From positions 1-63,022 of the forward strand of contig JAAILG010001687.1 of assembly GCA_012026655.1 (NCBI GenBank): a DNA stretch of 63,022 bases, in the 5' to 3' direction. Position 1 is the stretch's first letter. The number at the start of each line of letters is the position of its first letter. A model generated the notes under the pieces. It was not told where the DNA came from. It worked only from the letters and a program-made list of their open reading frames with translations, and searched no databases. The stretch comes from Hydrolagus affinis (taxonomy: Eukaryota). A program made the translations under genes and the position numbers. Positions 1 through 63,022 of this stretch are shown here, piece after piece.

Positions 1-89
1 AACTCCATAAATTGCAAGTTTTGAGTTTATCATTCATTACTAACCCCCCCCCCCTCCCCATTCACAGATTGTCAGTTAACCTCATTGTA

Positions 90-710
90 GAGTCCTGTAG
101 CTCAGTGGTTAGAGCACTCGCCTTACTGGGTTCAATTCCTGGCAGGTCAGGGCAAAGCCTTGGGCAAGTTTCCCTACTCCACACACACACACACACACGC
201 CTAATAATAATCCCTAAAAAAAACATAATAATTTGGTTACAATCACTGATAGTTTGTGGGGACGCTGCTGTGCGCAATTGGCTGCCACGTTTCACCCACA
301 AATATACAGTCAATTCACTTTACAGTATATTGTGTGAAGTGCTTTAGACATCTAGACCAGTGGTTCTCAACCTTTTTCAGCAATGTAACCCTTGTTAATT
401 TTCAACATTATCGTGTACCCCCCACCCAACCACACACACACACACACACTCTCATTCCACTTGCAGTGTATGACCAAGCTTTACTTATATAACGAAATAA
501 CTAGCGCGTACAAAACGAGGGGAATAACAATTAAATGTACGATTTGGATGGCTATAAAACGCTGAATAAGAGAGCTAAATAAATCAGTGTGCCGCCACCT
601 GTACCCCCTGGAAGTAATTTTGTACCACCTGGGGTACATGTACCACTGGTTGAGAACCACTGGTCTAGAAGATGTGTAAAGCACTTTTATCAAATGCAAG
701 GATTATTATT
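90..710 (+). mobile_element. tRNA-derived SINE with DeuSINE-type 3' body, interrupted by a MITE
   Basis: A box TAGCTCAGTGG (98-108), B box GGTTCAATTCC (129-139), body gctgtgcgcaattggctgcc, tail aaatgcaaggattattatt; copies elsewhere in window. Confidence 0.8.
358..662. mobile_element. hAT (Charlie-like) MITE
   Basis: 15-bp perfect TIR CAGTGGTTCTCAACC / GGTTGAGAACCACTG; flanking 8-mers atctagac / gtctagaa (nTCTAGAn). Confidence 0.85.
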
Positions 711-1534
711 AAAACTTATAAACCGTTGATGGTTCAGCACGACATTGTTGCCCAACTGAATCTGTAACTCAACTCACGCAGATCCACAAGTACAAGTTTA
801 AAATCTTTCATTTGTAATAATTTCAGCCATTTTAACATTTGGCCACATTGCAGGGTTGCTGCGAGTGAAACAGCGCCCTCTGAAGATAATTGGATGGTAC
901 TCCACCGAGAGAAATTATACCTTATGCCTTGGGGGGAGGAAATTTAAGTGTCATCCTTGGAACTGTAGAATTACAACCAACCTGCTCTCTTCCCCTCTTC
1001 CAAACATTACAGAGAAGGCTAATCGTTCTGAACAACGAGTCTGTTCTGCCAGTTTATTCGACTTCTGTTTGCTCAGCCGGGTGTCTGCCAAATGCAAGAA
1101 CCCATCACCGTTGCTTAAGGGTTTCCAAACCCAGCTGAGAATTCCATACATCCCACATACACATGGAAATCCCAGAGATAGATTGTTGGAATGGAATGTG
1201 CCCGCTCTCTCTCTTCCTCCCTGGACTGACCTATCCTGCTAACCCTATTCTGGAAAGTATTAGGCGCAGGTTGGCAACAGCCAAGGCTTGGTGGGGGGAG
1301 GAGGCGGGGGGGAGAGGGAGCCCAGAATGTGTGTTGGGAGATCCCGGTGTCTATCTAGCTAAACCCACACATACCTTGCCATTCAGATCACTGTCTGGCC
1401 AAGCTTTCCCGCAGCCATATCAATGGTGTGAGACCATTGCAAGATCTCTCAATTGCAATTCCTTCCCTGCTTTTTTTTTCTCCATACCCTTTAATCAATG
1501 CATCTAAACAAGGGACAAGTGAATTGAGGCACAA

Positions 1535-3232
1535 CCATCAAGCACAAAATATGTTTTATTTATATCTTTAAACAGGTACAATCTCTGTGATTCGAGTGCA
1601 CTGACCCACCACGTCAGTGAAACAAAAAAAGTAGACTATTTAACAGGCAAAGCAATTTTTTTTTCTTTAGTGCAAGCATCAGATGTGTATGATTTTTTAG
1701 GTTTGATTTTCCACTTTTTGCTCATGAAGCATACATACATGAATATAAAACAAATAAATGCAAGATACGATAACAGAGAACAGAAATCTCTTACTACAGT
1801 AAGTATTTTGCCGAGGCAGAAGGATTCTGCACAATGTTCTATAAAATCCCAATTCTAACCGAATTGATGGAATATTAAAGGGGTTATAAACAAAAAATAA
1901 TTTAGACATTAACAACAGAAGTACAGTAACTATACAATTCTTTCACAGCTTGGCAGTACAAGACATCTCTGCCCATCAGCATGTCATATAAAATATTGCA
2001 GGAAAGTGGTGTAGGATGCCTTCAAGTCAGACTTTGTAAAGTGTCGTTATCTACCTTGCTAACCTGTTTTTGAGACCCCAATATTGTTTCCCCCTCAGCG
2101 CTTCTGCGTGAGGAACAGATAGCCAAAACAGAATCACCAGTAACCCTTGTTCCCCACCTTCCCCCCCACCCCCCGTACCTTCAACACTGATCGTATTCAA
2201 AAATAATGCAATCTATATGCCGTATAAGTTATGAATCAACTTAAAATGTTACCAGTCTATACAAACAGATCTTCTGATAAATATTCATTTCAGCCAATTC
2301 CAATTCATCTTGTATGTATATATAAATAAATTGTGGTTGTATAGTTTTTGAAAATCAAAGTCACAGCAGATTCTTGTGTAGTGTAATACTGTTGGTATAT
2401 CAGCAATTCATAATTTAATGCTTATTTAAAAGAATAGCACAGCTTCAATGCATTTATGTTCAGGTATTTCAACATAGCAGATAAAGGTCACATTTTTATT
2501 TTCTTCCCATAAACACAATTGGAATCACAATTACTTGGAGTTATCCCTACAGAAGCAAGTGGATTGAGCAGCAGCTAAATCGTGTATTTGCACATATACA
2601 TTAAACCTCTGGACAGGGGGAGATGATTTGTAGCAGCAATAACTCAGTTGGTTTCGTATGACAAAAGGACAAGGAAAGCAATGGAGAATTGTTCATTCGT
2701 TCGTTCGTGTGCACGGAACTAAACCACCAGACCTTTTGTAAATTTTCAAGCTTTTTTTTTACAACTGAAACTAAAATCAAGACTCGAAACAGATCAAAAG
2801 CAGAAATTAAAGAAAAAAAAATTTAAATACTTCTTTCCAGCCGAAACTGAAAAGCATAATTCAAGGCACTATACTCCTGCAGGGCTCTTTCTAAGTGTCC
2901 ATTCAAGTAAAGTTATAACTCAGCTTAAGGTTACTAGTGTTAAATGTACAAAGCAAAATATAAAGTGTCAGAATTGCGAAGACAAATGCAACTAAATCGC
3001 CAAAGAACTATCTAGCTTTCAGCAACTTGGTGAAAATATTTCACAGTCAGTCATCGCTCAAATTTATGGCTATGTACACAAGCAAGCTCACACACTGGGT
3101 GCCAATGTATTCAGCTGCAATCAAGTACATTTAATCTTGCCTTTGTGAACAAAAGCAAATCTTCTCTAACTCTTACCCACCCCACCCTTCCCCCCAACAC
3201 ACATATATTATCCCAAATCCTTCAAAATAAAG
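1535..3232 (-). other. WNK2: WNK2 3'UTR (approximate)
   Basis: AU-rich stretch with no recognised repeat after the stop; ends near AATAAA followed by GU-rich sequence. Confidence 0.6.
1555..1560 (-). promoter_or_regulatory. Probable polyadenylation signal
   Basis: AATAAA on minus strand, followed by ttttgtgcttgatggttgtg; a second AATAAA is at 2495-2500. Confidence 0.55.
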
Positions 3233-62754
<59,522 letters not shown>

Positions 62755-62990
62755 GGAGAGAAAGGTGGGGAGGGGGAGTGAGGGAGGGGGAGAGATGGAG
62801 GGGGAAGGTGACGAGAGAGAAGGCGGACAGAGGGAGAGAAGGGGGACAGAGGGAGAGAAGGGGAACAGAGGGAGAGAAGGGGGACAGAGGGAGAGATAGA
62901 GAGAAAGCGGATAGAGGAAGAGAGACAGTGAGAGGAGACAGAGAGAGGACAGTGGGAGAGAGAGATAGAGAGAGAAAAGGATAGATAGAT
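62755..62990. repeat. Polypurine/polypyrimidine tract with a 19-bp tandem repeat upstream of the ATG
   Basis: About 3.8 copies of ggacagagggagagaaggg at 62825-62896 within (GA)-rich sequence. Confidence 0.85.
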
Positions 62991-63022
62991 AAACAATTAC
63001 GGGAGGGGGGAAGGAAAGCGGT

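Noticed and set aside
96-140. tRNA gene
   Set aside because: A and B boxes continue into a SINE body and tail; no complete cloverleaf
868-887. CTCF-like site (CAGAGGGCGCTG on minus strand) downstream of the gene
   Set aside because: Only half of the core matches; cannot be supported without ChIP or conservation data

Overview
Vertebrate genomic DNA, most likely a cartilaginous fish (inferred from DeuSINE-type SINEs, CR1/L2 LINE and Penelope-type fragments). Almost the whole window is one minus-strand gene, the With-No-Lysine kinase WNK2. I reconstructed 27 phase-consistent coding exons from ATG 62754 to stop 3233 (6507 nt, about 2168 aa), plus a 3'UTR of about 1.7 kb ending near AATAAA at 1555-1560. 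The most notable observation is an extra 927-nt, frame-preserving cassette exon in intron 8 (29297-30223). Its N-terminal motifs match the neuron-enriched HSN2 exon of WNK1 (the HSAN II disease exon), it sits at the same gene position, and it is followed by RBFOX (UGCAUG) sites. Other observations: a GC-AG intron, a dense RBFOX cluster around two small 3' cassette exons with a possible third exon, a WNK1-like C-terminus, a 55-nt near-perfect palindrome, a hAT MITE nested in a SINE, and fossil Penelope hammerhead cores. All family comparisons rely on recalled sequences; no database search was run. Repeat boundaries are approximate.
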